Assembly: GCA_965113315.1 (NCBI GenBank)
Contig: OZ220377.1
DNA length: 64,000 nucleotides
Reading direction: 5' to 3' (one strand)
From: Podarcis vaucheri
Lineage: Eukaryota
Part shown: positions 25,734 through 37,099 of the stretch, piece by piece
Numbering within the stretch: position 1 is the first letter of the stretch
Layout: the number at the start of each line of letters is the position of its first letter
Program-made: the position numbers and the translations under genes
Notes under the pieces: generated by a model
Databases searched by the model: none
What the model was told of the DNA's origin: nothing
The model's input: only the letters and a program-made list of their open reading frames with translations

Positions 25734-26362
25734 CTTGGTTACTGGCGCGGGCGTCGAGCGGGATTTCCCCTTCTCAGACTATCGCGAGATCTCCGTCACT
25801 AATGGCAACAGCGTCCTTTATATATATATATACCGGCCCTGAAAAGCCATAGAGATTGAAGAGGGGCGTATAAACGTTTGTTCGCAACTTCCGGGGGACA
25901 TTCGGAAGCGGCCATTGGCTGAGAGTCCCTTGTAGAGCTACGGCATAGTAGAGTCATTGTTGCTATTTCCAAGCTCACACTTTTAAGACGCACCCGACAT
26001 AGTGTTCACCATAGATGTATAAAGGATAGAGACACCACTCAGCGTTCGTGGAAAAGCATGAATTTTCGAAGCCTTCAAAAATAAGTCTTATCTTTTCCAA
26101 GAGCGCTGTCTGATTTGAGGCGACAGCGCTCTTGAAAAAGATAAAACTTATTTTTGAAGGCTTCTAAAATTCATTTTAAAAGTTGCCTCAGGTTTAGGCG
26201 GCGTGTCGTGACGTCATTCCCACGCGCCAGAAAGGGGAGAGGGTAAATACAAAAGCAACCCCACCCCCTGAATGAAGCGACCGCGCTTGCTCGCGAATCA
26301 CTTCTGTGTGGGCGGCTTTGCGCGTGAGGTGGAGCTTGGGAAGAAAGACAAGGCCCCTGAAT
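25734..26362. promoter_or_regulatory. Bidirectional CpG-island promoter shared by MRM3 (-) and GLOD4 (+)
   Basis: Head-to-head ATGs with 629 bp between them; YY1-type GCCGCCATCTT over the MRM3 ATG, TATCGCGAGA (BANP/ZBTB33-type) 25780-25789, ETS ACTTCCGG 25887-25894, ATTGG 25914, CRE TGACGTCA 26209-26216. Confidence 0.85.
26058..26174. repeat. Long inverted repeat (53-bp arms, 11-nt loop)
   Basis: Arms 26058-26110 and 26122-26174 pair at 50/53 positions. Confidence 0.95.
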
Positions 26363-26452
26363 ATGAAGGCTCGGCGGGCGCTGCATTTCGTGTTCAAAGT
26401 GGGCGACCGAGCCGAGACCGCGCGCTTCTACCGGGATGTACTGGGCATGCGC
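26363..26452 (+). CDS. GLOD4: Glyoxalase domain-containing 4, exon 1
   Basis: [30 protein letters not shown]|gtaagt. Confidence 0.95.
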
Positions 26453-26828
26453 GTAAGTGGGGGCGCGAGACGGTGGGCGGTTAGGAAGCGGCCTTGGCAG
26501 CTTGGGGGGAGGGCTTTTTGAGGCAGGGGTGACGTCACGGCTACGGGTGCCCCAGGGTCCCAAGCCACGCGGGAACGAGTTGGTTTGGTTTTTCAGCGTC
26601 TCTCCCTAGAGCGGCTAGTTAGTTACGGCGGCCTCTTTGGCCCAATCTTTCCTACAGAGGCGGCGTTTGCTTTCGTGAACGTTTGTCGCTCCTGATTACG
26701 CCGCAGAGCGGCGCACGTAGCTTTTCAGGAATGCATTGGTTTTTTATAAGTAACAAATTTCAGGAAAAAATCTGTGTCTCTGTATATCTATATAGATATA
26801 GTCACACGTTGCGTTTAAGATCACGTTA

Positions 26829-26862
<34 letters not shown>

Positions 26863-27040
26863 CTTATTATTTGTTATTTATACCCCGCCCATCTGGCTGA
26901 GTTTCCCCAGCCATTCAATACAGCATTAAATATTAAAAACTTCCCTGGACAGGGCTGCCTTCAGATGTCTTTTAAAAGATAAGATAGCTGCTTATTTCCT
27001 TGACATCTGAAGGGAGGGCGTTCCACAGGGCGGGCACCTT
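26829..27040 (-). mobile_element. L2-type LINE 3' end with (TAA)n tail
   Basis: tttataccccgcccatctggctg...aaaacttccct...gggctgccttcagatgtc; related copies at about 51590-51753, 51830-52925 and 58631-58897. Confidence 0.7.
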
Positions 27041-27163
27041 GTGTTAAAATGCAATATTAAAAACAATTTTAAAAATAAAGTGTCTCCAAACCATGCATAT
27101 CAAAAGTGTCAAAAGACTTCTTGATTGTGCCTGAACGTTAACTTATTTTTCTTAAACAAACAG

Positions 27164-27213
27164 GTTTTAAGGCATGAAGAATTTGAAGAAGGCTGCAAGG
27201 CCACTTGTAATGG
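27164..27213 (+). CDS. GLOD4: GLOD4 exon 2 (50 nt)
   Basis: aacag|VLRHEEFEEGCKATCNG|gtacgt. Confidence 0.95.
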
Positions 27214-27275
27214 GTACGTTGTCTTCATTTTGGTTGTTTCTCATCAAAGCGGACATTTCCCTCGACACACTTGAG

Positions 27276-27411
27276 CAGGCATAGGCAAACTCAGCCCCCC
27301 AGCTGTTTTGGGACTACAACTCCCATCATCCCTAGCTAACAGGACCAGTGGTCATGGGTGATGGGAGTTGTAGTCCCAAAACATCTGGAGGGCCGAGTTT
27401 GCCTAGGCCTG
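27276..27411. mobile_element. Short palindromic hAT MITE
   Basis: CAGGC...GCCTG ends, internal gggactacaactcccatcatc inverted pair; near-TSD cacttgag/ctcttgaa. Confidence 0.8.
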
Positions 27412-27940
27412 CTCTTGAATGTTTGGAAGTGGTAGCCCCAAAGGGGTGGAGAGCTCTGAGGCAGGTGCTGCTGCCTGGCAACACAAGCTTCTTTTGCCAA
27501 TGGTGCCTGCAAAATAAATGCTCCCTCGCTTCCCATTGGCTGACCTTCTGTGACATCATGGGACGGGCGCAACAATTCTACCTGTGTATAGTGCCAGTGT
27601 CTGGGTAGAATGCTGCCCTTCAAATGAGTGCAGCGTTGGGTGGAGAGGAGTTGTGTGCCATTGATGAGAGCAGAAGGCTGGGAAGCTAGAATAGAATAGA
27701 AAAAGCTGCCTTAATCTGACCTGGCATGTCTGCCCATCAAGCCCTTTATTACCCTCTCTGACTGGCAGTGGCTTTCCAGAGTTTCAGGCAAGAGTCTCGC
27801 TCAGCCCTACCCAGAGATGCTGGAGGTTGAACCTTTACATTGGCATCTGAGTGAGCTGAAGAACCCCAGAGGAGTGGGAGATGTAGGCTTTTTTCCTCCT
27901 GAGTTATTTCAATACAAATAAAAGGCAGCTGTGTTTCTAG

Positions 27941-28061
27941 CCCCTATGAAGGCAAGTGGAGTAAAACGATGGTGGGTTACGGTCCAGAAGACAACCACTT
28001 CGTCGCGGAGCTAACCTACAATTACGGAATCGGAGATTACCGCCTCGGCAACGATTTCCTG
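27941..28061 (+). CDS. GLOD4: GLOD4 exon 3 (121 nt)
   Basis: ttctag|[40 protein letters not shown]|gtaggc. Confidence 0.95.
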
Positions 28062-28932
28062 GTAGGCACCGCTTCATTCGGTTGCTAAGTGAGAAGGTTT
28101 GCAAAGTACGTTGGTTCTGGGATCGCTAAGGCTTAGTTTCTGCTCAAAAGAACGGGTGAAATGAACAAAGCGCTGAGTAGTCCCTGGGAGTGCAGTGGGC
28201 CACATTTCTCATTATAGAAAAGGTAAAAAGCTCTTGGGACTTTGGAGTTTGCATAGCAAAGGGACTAGATCAGTGAGCTTTCGTGGACTGTGTGTTCTGA
28301 GACTTGGAGTCTTCGATTGTGGTAGGGTTAGGGGTACCGCAGGTGTTAGGAACCTTTGGCCCTCCTGATGCTGCTAAACTACAAGTCCCATCAGCACCAG
28401 CAAGCATGGCCAATGGGCACAGAGGATGGGAGCTGTAGTTAATTAAGATCTTGCTCGATGCCCTCCATCAAAATATTCCAGGATGGTTTTAATCTGTTCT
28501 TAGTCTATTTTTATTTTAACTTTTTGAAAGTCTTAAATTATTGTTAATTTTTCTTATTGATGATTTTATTCTTTCTGTAAAGCGCTTTGAGGGTTTTTCT
28601 TTTGCAATCAAGCAGTGTGTAAGTTTTATGAAATGAAAAAAATTGTAAAGAAAAATGGCCTTGTCAACAGAAAGTGAGACCTCTGAAGCCTATCCAACAG
28701 CTTGGGCAGGTTCAGAAACTTCAGGGGTCAAATGTGGCAGGCGGGTGTAATTTTTTTATACTGCTACAACTTCTACATTTATATCCCGCTTTTACTCCAA
28801 AGAGCTCAAGGTGGCGAGCATGTTTTCCCCCTCCTCCTCTTGCCATTTTATTGCAAACACAATCCTGTGAGGCACGTTAGGCTGAGAAAGAGCAATTGGC
28901 CCCAGGTCATCCAGGGCTGTGATTCTGGGGTT

Positions 28933-28973
28933 TTCTTCTTCTTCTTCTTCTTCTTCTTCTTCTTCTTCTTCTT
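28933..28973. repeat. (TTC)n microsatellite
   Basis: Directly visible. Confidence 0.95.
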
Positions 28974-29190
28974 TAATTTTTAAATGAATTTTATTAGTAT
29001 TTTCCACACAGCAACAACACGAAAGCTATCAAAAGATAACAATACACAACACACAAAAATCAACATTCGAAAACTAACAAACAAAACAAAAACAAACAAA
29101 TCCACATCTTACAAATTAATATTATAAACACTAAAACAACAACAACAAGACATTGTCAATGTCAATGTCTTCTTCTTCTTGCCATGCCAG

Positions 29191-29335
29191 GGGATGACTA
29201 TTGTGTCTAGCCAGGCTGTGAGCAATGCCAGAAAGCTGCAGTGGCCGCTCAAAGAGATCTCAGCAGGCGTCTACGAAACGGAAGCCCCAGGAGGCTACAA
29301 GTTCTGCCTGGAAGATAAAACGTCATCAAAGGAAG
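29191..29335 (+). CDS. GLOD4: GLOD4 exon 4 (145 nt)
   Basis: gccag|[48 protein letters not shown]|gtaaag. Confidence 0.95.
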
Positions 29336-29496
29336 GTAAAGAGGGGGTGCCATATGATACTCTGTAGTTAGGATGACAGTGGTTCATCTGCCTGTGGAGA
29401 TTTGGCCTTCTGAAAAAAATTCTTTTCCTTCAAGCTTATGCAGGCAGTTGAGAATACCTCTTTCCACAATTGCTAATTGATTTCTGATTTTAACTA

Positions 29497-29755
29497 CCGT
29501 ATTTTTTGCTCTATAAAACGCACCAGACCACAAGACGCACCTAGTTTTTGGAGGAGGAAAACAAGAATAAAAATATTCTGAATCTCAGAAGCCAGAACAG
29601 CAAGAGGGATTGCTGTGCAGTGAAAGCAGTGATCCCTCTTGCTGTTCTGGCTTCTGGGATAGCTGTGCAGCCTGCAGTCACTCCATAAGACGCACACACA
29701 TTTCCCCTTACTTTTTAGGATGGAAAAAGTGAGTATTATAGAGCAAAAAATACGG
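29497..29755. mobile_element. Tc2/mariner-like MITE
   Basis: TA|CCGTATTTTTTGCTCTATAA ... TTATAGAGCAAAAAATACGG|TA. Confidence 0.88.
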
Positions 29756-30226
29756 TATTTGATAAAGCTTCCATCGTATTGTTTTTATGTTCAATTGCTG
29801 CAAACGGCTCAGATTTTTTAAAATAATGAATCAGCAGTACAGGCAACCCCCAGTTGACACGCGTTCAATATGTGTGCGACTGTGCATACGCTCATCGTGC
29901 CAAACCCCTGGAAGTGACCTAAAAATGTCACAAAAAGGAGCAGAACTCGGCTGGGGAGGGATGGAACTGGGTCAGAATAGGGTGTTTGCAAGCTTTTAAA
30001 AAGGTGTTTCAAATATACGCAGTTTCACTGACACATGCAGTGGCCAGAACATAACCCCTGTGTAAATGCAGGTGGGGGAGAGGCGCTGGCTGTATATAAC
30101 CAGTTTTTCTAAAGAATAACAATAAAGTTGGGGAGAGGAACTACCAGCCACCAGCCCCAAAATTCTTGCAATCCTCAATCCTGTGCCTAAAGCCCATCCA
30201 TTCCTGAAGATCTTCCGTCCTCCCAG

Positions 30227-30363
30227 ATCCTGTGCTGAAGGTTACTTTGGCCGTGTCCAGCCTGCAGAAATCTGTGGACTACTGGTCCAAGTTCCTGGGC
30301 ATGAAGCTGTACGAGAAGGACGAAGACAAGCAGAAGGCTCTGCTCGGCTATGGGGATAACCAG
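30227..30363 (+). CDS. GLOD4: GLOD4 exon 5 (137 nt)
   Basis: cccag|[46 protein letters not shown]|gtgagg. Confidence 0.95.
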
Positions 30364-30495
30364 GTGAGGCTGAAGGGGCACTAGGCAGCTGAGGGGATCC
30401 TCAGGGCATCTTCCAGGTATATGTGGCAGAGACAGGGGCCACCATTCCAGCTTCTGCAGTGGTTGGGCGTCTATGGCTCTCAGTACCCAGCACTG

Positions 30496-30847
30496 GGTAC
30501 CGGGCGCTGTGGTCTAAACCACAGAGCCTAGGGCTTGCCGATCGGAAGGTCGGCGGTTCAAATCCCTACGATGGGGGATTTGAGCTCCCGTTGCTCGGTC
30601 CCTGCTCCTGCCAACCTAGCAGTTCGAAAGCACCTCAAAGTGCAAGTAGATAAATAGGTGCCACTCTGGCGGGAAGGTAAACAGTGTTTCTGTGCGCTGC
30701 TCTGGTTCGCCAGAAGCGGCTTAGGCATGCTGGCCACATGACCCGGAATCTGTACGTCTGCTCCCTCGGCCAATAAAGCGAGATGGGCGCCGCAACCCCA
30801 GAGTCGTCTGCGACTGGACCTAATGGTCAGGGGTCCCTTTACCTTAT
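30496..30847 (+). mobile_element. Sauria SINE
   Basis: Same body as the 19845 copy; 9-bp TSD CCAGCACTG. Confidence 0.88.
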
Positions 30848-31033
30848 CCAGCACTGTTAACAAACTATACAGTTCCCAGGATTCCATCGGGGAAGTCATG
30901 TGCTTTAAATGGATGTCATGGATGCCACCGCTCTCTTCGCAAGCCCCACTTCTGCTGTTGCTGTTGCTGAGGCACCACTCTTTGTTGCAAACCCAGTGGT
31001 CTGATTTCCTTTCCTTTTATTTCCCCCTTCCAG

Positions 31034-31120
31034 TGTAAGCTGGAGTTGCAGGGCATCGGCCAAGCCGTGGACCATGGGGCAGCCTTTGGGAGGATCGCCT
31101 TCTCCTGCCCCAAGGAAGAG
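31034..31120 (+). CDS. GLOD4: GLOD4 exon 6 (87 nt)
   Basis: ttccag|[29 protein letters not shown]|gtcagt. Confidence 0.95.
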
Positions 31121-32455
31121 GTCAGTGGGGATTGCTTACAAGATTTGTCAGGAAGGGCCTGCCGCTCAAGTGGTAGATGGAAGGTCCCGGGTTCGGTTCC
31201 TGGCAGCATCTCTAGGTCGGGCTGGGAGAGACTCCTGCACAGAATCTTGCAGAGCCCCTGCCAGTCAGAGTAGAGAACACTGAGGTAGGCCCAGTGGCCT
31301 GGACATTCCGTCAGGCAGCTTCTCAGGTTCCTAATATTCCCAACAAGACAAAGGCAACTTTACCTTGAAATAAATGCTTAGTGGGGAAAGGCGTGTGACA
31401 CCAGTTCATAAATAAAAATGATGAATGGCTACCAATCTGTTCATTAAAGTCCTTCACGCAACACCCAGTGAAGCTGTGGTGCTCACTCTTGCAGTGGCAG
31501 GTATGGCTTCAAAAGATTGGACAATTTCATGGAGGAAAAGGCTGCCAATGTTTACTAGTCACAATGACTGGGCTCTGCCTCCCAATGCTTCTGAATGCCA
31601 GTTCCTGGAAACCACAAGAAGAGAGAGTTTCTCTTGTGCTCGGTCCCACTTGCAGAATCCCCACAGGGGCCTCTGGGAGGCCACTGTAAGAACAGGGTCT
31701 TGGGCTAGAGGGGCCGCTGCCCCTTCTTCTTACAGTCTTTTTTAAATTTTTTTTCCATTTCCCTTTTTCATTCATTATATACATCTCATATTCATAACAT
31801 TTACTATGCGTCCCTCCCCTCCTCGGCTTCCCCCAACTTCTGATTTGTTTCTCCTTTCACCCACTTTGTTCCCTCCTAAAAGAAAAAAAACTACTAATAA
31901 CATATACAATAACATCAAACCTAAAAACATAAAAATAACAATGAATACACCATATTATTTCTCTATCTTCTACACATTTTCTAATACTAATAATGTGAAT
32001 GTTTATTTTAAATCTCTTCTTACAGTCTTAATTCAGCTAGTTCTTGACTACTGTAAATGGATCCATTTGGCTTATTTATTTATTTGATGACGTCTGGATC
32101 CCAACCTCCCTCTGCGGAGCACAAGGTGGTGTCCATACTTCTCCTCCTCCCCATTTTATCCCCACAGGCTGAGAGTCAGGGACTGTCCCAAGGCTGCCCA
32201 AGGAGCTTTGTGGCCAAGTGAGGATTTGAACCCTGATCTCCCAGCTCCCAGTCTGGCACTCTAACCACTACACCTTAAACACAACTGGAAGGGATTCTTC
32301 AAAATCTATTTGGCATCCAAGTTTTAGATTTCTTTCATTAAAGGTGCTCAAAAGATTTTCTAAAAGAGAAATGAGCTTCCTCTTCTCTTCCCTCACTCAA
32401 AATGGATGCATTCGCACTCTGATTTTCCCTTCCCCGTTTTGTTTGTCCTCCCCAG

Positions 32456-32569
32456 TTGCCCGGCATCGAAGCCTTGATGAAAAAGGAAGGCCAGAAGATC
32501 TTGACGCCCCTCGTGAGCCTGGACACGCCTGGGAAAGCGACGGTTCAAGTGGTCATCCTGGCGGATCCC
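32456..32569 (+). CDS. GLOD4: GLOD4 exon 7 (114 nt)
   Basis: cccag|[38 protein letters not shown]|gtgagt. Confidence 0.95.
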
Positions 32570-33552
32570 GTGAGTGCTGCCTCAAAACAGCTTTCGTGCC
32601 TCCAATGTAGGTCAGGAACGAGGGCTTTGTGGCCAGGTGTCGTTGGACTCCAACTCCCATCAGCCCCGGTTGCAGCAGGGCCAATGGTCAGGGGAGATGG
32701 GAGTTGTAGTCCATCAGCACCTGGAGGGCCACAGGGTCCCCTATCCCTGATCCCACGAAGCAGCATTCCCTACTTGCGTGCAAGAGGTGAAGGAATGCCT
32801 CTGTTTAGCAGAGGGAGTCCTTCCTGAGAGAGGAGAATTCCTCTTCTTGGAGCAACGATTGACAAAGCTGTAGACCTCCAAATGCAGGACTTCCGACTCC
32901 TACCATCTCTATGGGTTCCTGTATATGTAGTGCACGTGGAGGGAAATTTTTAATACATTGCAGAGTTCCCAAAAAATAAACCAGAGGCAATTTCATCCAG
33001 CAAAGCTTTACTGCTGCTGAAGGCAAATGAGCACAATGGTCACAAATCCAATACATTCAGGATTGGCACAGTCCATAAGAAATCCAGTTACAGCAGTCTT
33101 ATCTTAAGCTTAACAATAACTTATAATAAGACTAAACCTTAACACTATAGCATACAGAACAGAGCACCACACCAGAACAGAGAGAAAAGAGAAAGTGTGA
33201 AACAGCACCCAGGCTCCTCCTGGCCTATTATAGTCAAAATGACATTGACAAGAAAGGATAAGGAGCCAGTTTAAACCAGCTGTGCTCAGCTTCCCAGAAG
33301 GAATAACCCAAACACCAGAAACCACCCGCCTGTTTCTTTCACGTAGAAAGAAGCCTTCCAGAACACTTGAACTAAGCAGAACAGGAAAGACCTCTACACA
33401 TCAGATCAATACCTTCTGTACTAAGAAATGCAAACTGACAGTAGATCCCCCAAATAATTGCCAGCTCCCTTTAGTGACTGTGACTGCTGTGGCAAATGTC
33501 GCCTTCCCTTCAGTTGACCCCTTTGCTGTTCCTCCTCTTCCACCTGCTTTAG

Positions 33553-33639
33553 GATGGCCACGAGATCTGCTTCGTCGGGGACGAGGCTTTCAGAGAGCTT
33601 TCCAAGGTGGACCCAAATGGTGGGAAACTCTTAGACGAG
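33553..33639 (+). CDS. GLOD4: GLOD4 exon 8 (87 nt)
   Basis: tttag|[29 protein letters not shown]|gtgagt. Confidence 0.95.
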
Positions 33640-33743
33640 GTGAGTCTCCCCCTTTCAACGTTTATTCCAAATTTAAGGTGATCCAAGGGCTCAGCTCCTC
33701 TCCACCGCGATGTGGCTCACGGCTTGAATCTTCTCTCCTGCAG

Positions 33744-33809
33744 GCGATGGCGGCCGACAAGAGCCACGAATGGTTTGCCAAACGTAACACCCCAAAGCCT
33801 TCCGCTTAG
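33744..33809 (+). CDS. GLOD4: GLOD4 exon 9 (last); total CDS 897 nt = 298 aa
   Basis: ctgcag|AMAADKSHEWFAKRNTPKPSA-TAG; ATTAAA at 33935. Confidence 0.95.
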   Translation, partial: AMAADKSHEWFAKRNTPKPSA

Positions 33810-34147
33810 CCCGGGTGGGGAATCGTCTGGTTGGCAGGGTCTTTTGTGGGGACCTGGGATAGGAGGCCGTCGGCCATACTTTCTGCGCACGTGGATGAGT
33901 AGTGCTGCTATCGCTTGGAACTCCTTCTCTTTTAATTAAATTAATTATGGTTTCCTTCCTTCCTCTTTTGAATCTGTTCCTTTCTTGTGTGTTCATGGAG
34001 TGGGGGGAGGCCTCTTGGCTGCTACGGATGCAGCCTGCAAAAGTGTGATGATTCGCCAAAGCAAAACGCCGCTGCATGTCACTGTCCTGTCCAGTGTTTC
34101 AAATGCACACACCCCTTTGAGAACTTTTCTGTGCGACTCAGCCAGCA

Positions 34148-34191
<44 letters not shown>

Positions 34192-34809
34192 TCTATCCTA
34201 CTGTGCATTCCTGCTGTCTAAAAGGACAGGCCCCCTTCCCTCAAATTGTTGGGACCGTACTACTCTATCTTGCAAAATGTATGTTTTTAAGTGCCGTAAT
34301 TTTACTAAATTCTCTGCACCCAGAAATTCTAGCAGACCGTTGCCAGAAAACAAATGTCAGAGCCCCTGTCTTGCATACAGAAGCTCCCACAATTTGATCC
34401 TCAGCACCTCCAGGTTAAAGGGGTTAGTTAGCGGCAGGTGATGAGATCTGAAACATGGGTGGCAGCTGCCAGTCAGAGCAGGCAGCAGTGGCCTTGATGG
34501 AGAAAGTGTCTGACCTATAGAAGGCTGCTCCCTAAGCTGCTTAAGCACATCAGGAAAAGGTTTAAGGAGCAGGTTTGGTCTCCTTTTTAGGCCACCACCC
34601 CCACGGCGGTACAGTCCTCCAACCCTAGCAGGGCTGTACCACAAAACTAAGCCCAGCGCACCGCTCCCCATTTGAAACGACAAAATACCGCAAGGTGACA
34701 CTGGAGAGCTTCTCAAGGGGCCCTTTATTGCCTTAACCGCCAGAGATCGTCGGGGCGGAAGATGACTAAAGCAACCTGGAAGCCGGATCCTGTGCAGCCC
34801 TCTCCGCAG

Positions 34810-35043
34810 TCATCTACTTTCCTTCTTCTCCAGCTCCTCCACCTTGGTGATGTGGACCTCCTCAGTGGCCTCCTCCTCCGAAAGGTCTTGGTGGTCGCTC
34901 CCTGCCTCCCTTGTCGCTTTGGAGTTTAGGTCGTGGCTGGCCAGGCAGGGGGCGGCCCTCTTGTGCAGCAGATCCATGACGGAGACGGACCCTTTCACTT
35001 GTGAGACCAGGCCAGTGGCTTTCTCAAGCTCAGCCTGTGACAT
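34810..35043 (-). CDS. DBIL5: Divergent intronless acyl-CoA-binding protein (ACBP/DBI family) ORF, DBIL5/ELP-like, 77 aa; functional gene or frame-intact pseudogene
   Basis: MSQAELEKA...HKRA...SKATREAG...HITKVEELEKK aligns with ACBP MSQAEFEKA...YKQA...GKAKWDAW...YINKVEELKKK; A at -3; minus-strand AATAAA at 34724-34729; position and orientation between GLOD4 and GEMIN4 match mammalian Dbil5/DBIL5P. Confidence 0.75.
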   Translation of the reverse strand: MSQAELEKATGLVSQVKGSVSVMDLLHKRAAPCLASHDLNSKATREAGSDHQDLSEEEATEEVHITKVEELEKKESR

Positions 35044-35214
35044 GTTGTCATGAGCGCGCCTTCCTTCTGACCTGTGCACAGGGCCTTTCTCGAGATCAGG
35101 TGCAAGTCATGCTTGAAACGGCTGTCCCTGTGTTCCATACAGAGGGTAGGAAAAGGAGCCTATTATTATTATTATTATTATTTATTATTAAGGCGAGCAT
35201 CGCCTTACCCCATA

Positions 35215-35682
35215 CAGTGGTACCTCGGGTTAAGTACTTAATTCGTTCCAGAGGCCCGTACTTGACCTGAAACTGTTCTTAACCTGAAGCACCACTTTAG
35301 CTAATGGGGCCTCCCGCTGCTGCCGCGCCGCCACCACGCGATTTCTGTTCTCATCCTGAAGCAAAGTTCTTAACCTGAAGCACTATTTCTGGGTTAGCAG
35401 AGTCTGTAACCTGAAGCGTATGTAACCTGAGGTCTAGATACGAACGGGATCCGTTCCAGAGCCCTGTTCGCATCTAGAAGCAAACGTAACTAGCGATGGC
35501 ACGTCTGCGTATGCGCATGTCGTTTTTTGCCGCTTCTGCGCATGCGCGTGACGTCATTTTGAGCGTCTGCGCATGCGCAAGCGGCGAAACCCAGAAGTAA
35601 AGCGCTCTGTTACTACCGGGTTGCCGCGGAGCGCAACTCGAACGCGCTCAACTCGAAGCGTATTCAACCCGAGGTATGACTG
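35215..35682. mobile_element. Composite Tigger-like MITE (family A left part fused to a GCGCATGCGC-rich right part)
   Basis: TA|CAGTGGTACCTCGGGTT ... AACCCGAGGTATGACTG|TA. Confidence 0.8.
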
Positions 35683-37099
35683 TATATGCCCTCTTGGCTG
35701 TTTTGATCTGCAGAACTGGCCCTGTGACGGGTGCCACATAACGGCCATTTGTAAGAACTCAAGCTTTTAGTGTGGCAGCACTTACACTTTGGAACTCCCC
35801 GCCTAGTGATACGAGGCGGGCATTTTCACCATACTCTTTTCGGCGCTTGCTAAAAACATTTTTGTTTAGACAAGCCTAGCCAGATATTTGGAATGCTGAT
35901 GCGTGTTCAGTTTGTTGCGAAATGTTTTGAATGCTTTAATTGTTTTTACTTGTAATCTTATTCTTTTTGTAAACTGGGGATTTCTACAACCAAGTGGGAT
36001 ATACATTCTATGGAATAATAATAATATAATTTAATTAATAATTAATTAACTTGCCCTTCACTCTTAACGGCCCAGGGTTACAGTAATTAAAACACAATAT
36101 TAAGGACAGTTTAAGACGACATAAGAGTCACAGCAGTGAGGTTGTTCTAATAATATAATGATGACAATAACAGTGTATGTTTTGCTCAGAGCAGTATTAC
36201 AGAGCAGTGATGAATTGCAGGAGGACCTTTCATGGATTTAAAAATGCATCGCCTATAATTATCTTCTGACACAGCACCCCTGTAAGGTGTCTGAGTTCCA
36301 GAGAGGTAAAAGGCCCCCTCGCTTCAGATTCCCAAAGCTGTAATTCTAGTGTCACCATATTTCAAAAAGTGAAAATCTGGACAGAAAAGCTGTTGAGCCT
36401 TTTTTCTTTGCAATGCCTTAAAGAAATTGGTAGCCTACAGAGACATGCGCTTGTCTGGATGGTGTCGGGCCAATCAGCATGGCCGATGGTCCTAGGACCT
36501 AGACTACCCGAGGCGAACAATGGGAGGGGGAACCCTGTGGCCTTCCAGCTGTGTCACTACAACTCCCATGAGCCCCAACTAAAATGGCCAGTAGCGAGGG
36601 ATGATGGGCATTGTAGTCTATCAGCATCCGGAGACTCCCCACTCCTTTCATAGCTGTCAACATTTCCCTTTTCTTGCGAGGAATCCTATTCGGAATAAGG
36701 GAATTTCCCTTTAAAAAAGGGAAAAGTTGACAGCTATGCACTCCTTTAGAGTTTCGGATCGGGACCGGGGCAGCCTAGGATTAAATCTCCACTCACCCCA
36801 AAATACAGCGGGACTGAGCGCCGACCCGTATGCGTTCTATTTGCTTGCAAACGCTTCTGCGGTGCCACCATGCAGACAGAAATGCAAGAAAGCACTCTGC
36901 ACATGCCCAGAGACGCCTCCCTCAAGCTATCCCCAGGAGGCGAATTAAAAGATGACAGGTGCGAAACGTCGAGAGCTGGAGGAGAATGTCTCCTGCCCCA
37001 ATATTTCCAAACCCCGGCGCCTTTCTCGCTTCGCAGTCGGGGAGCCCCGGCGCTTGCTACTCCTAGTAAAGAAGGAGGAAGAGAAAGAGCCCCCCCCCA

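Noticed and set aside
35044-35079. 12-aa N-terminal extension of the DBIL5-like ORF in the ORF track
   Set aside because: Starts at GTG; ACBP homology begins exactly at the ATG at 35043
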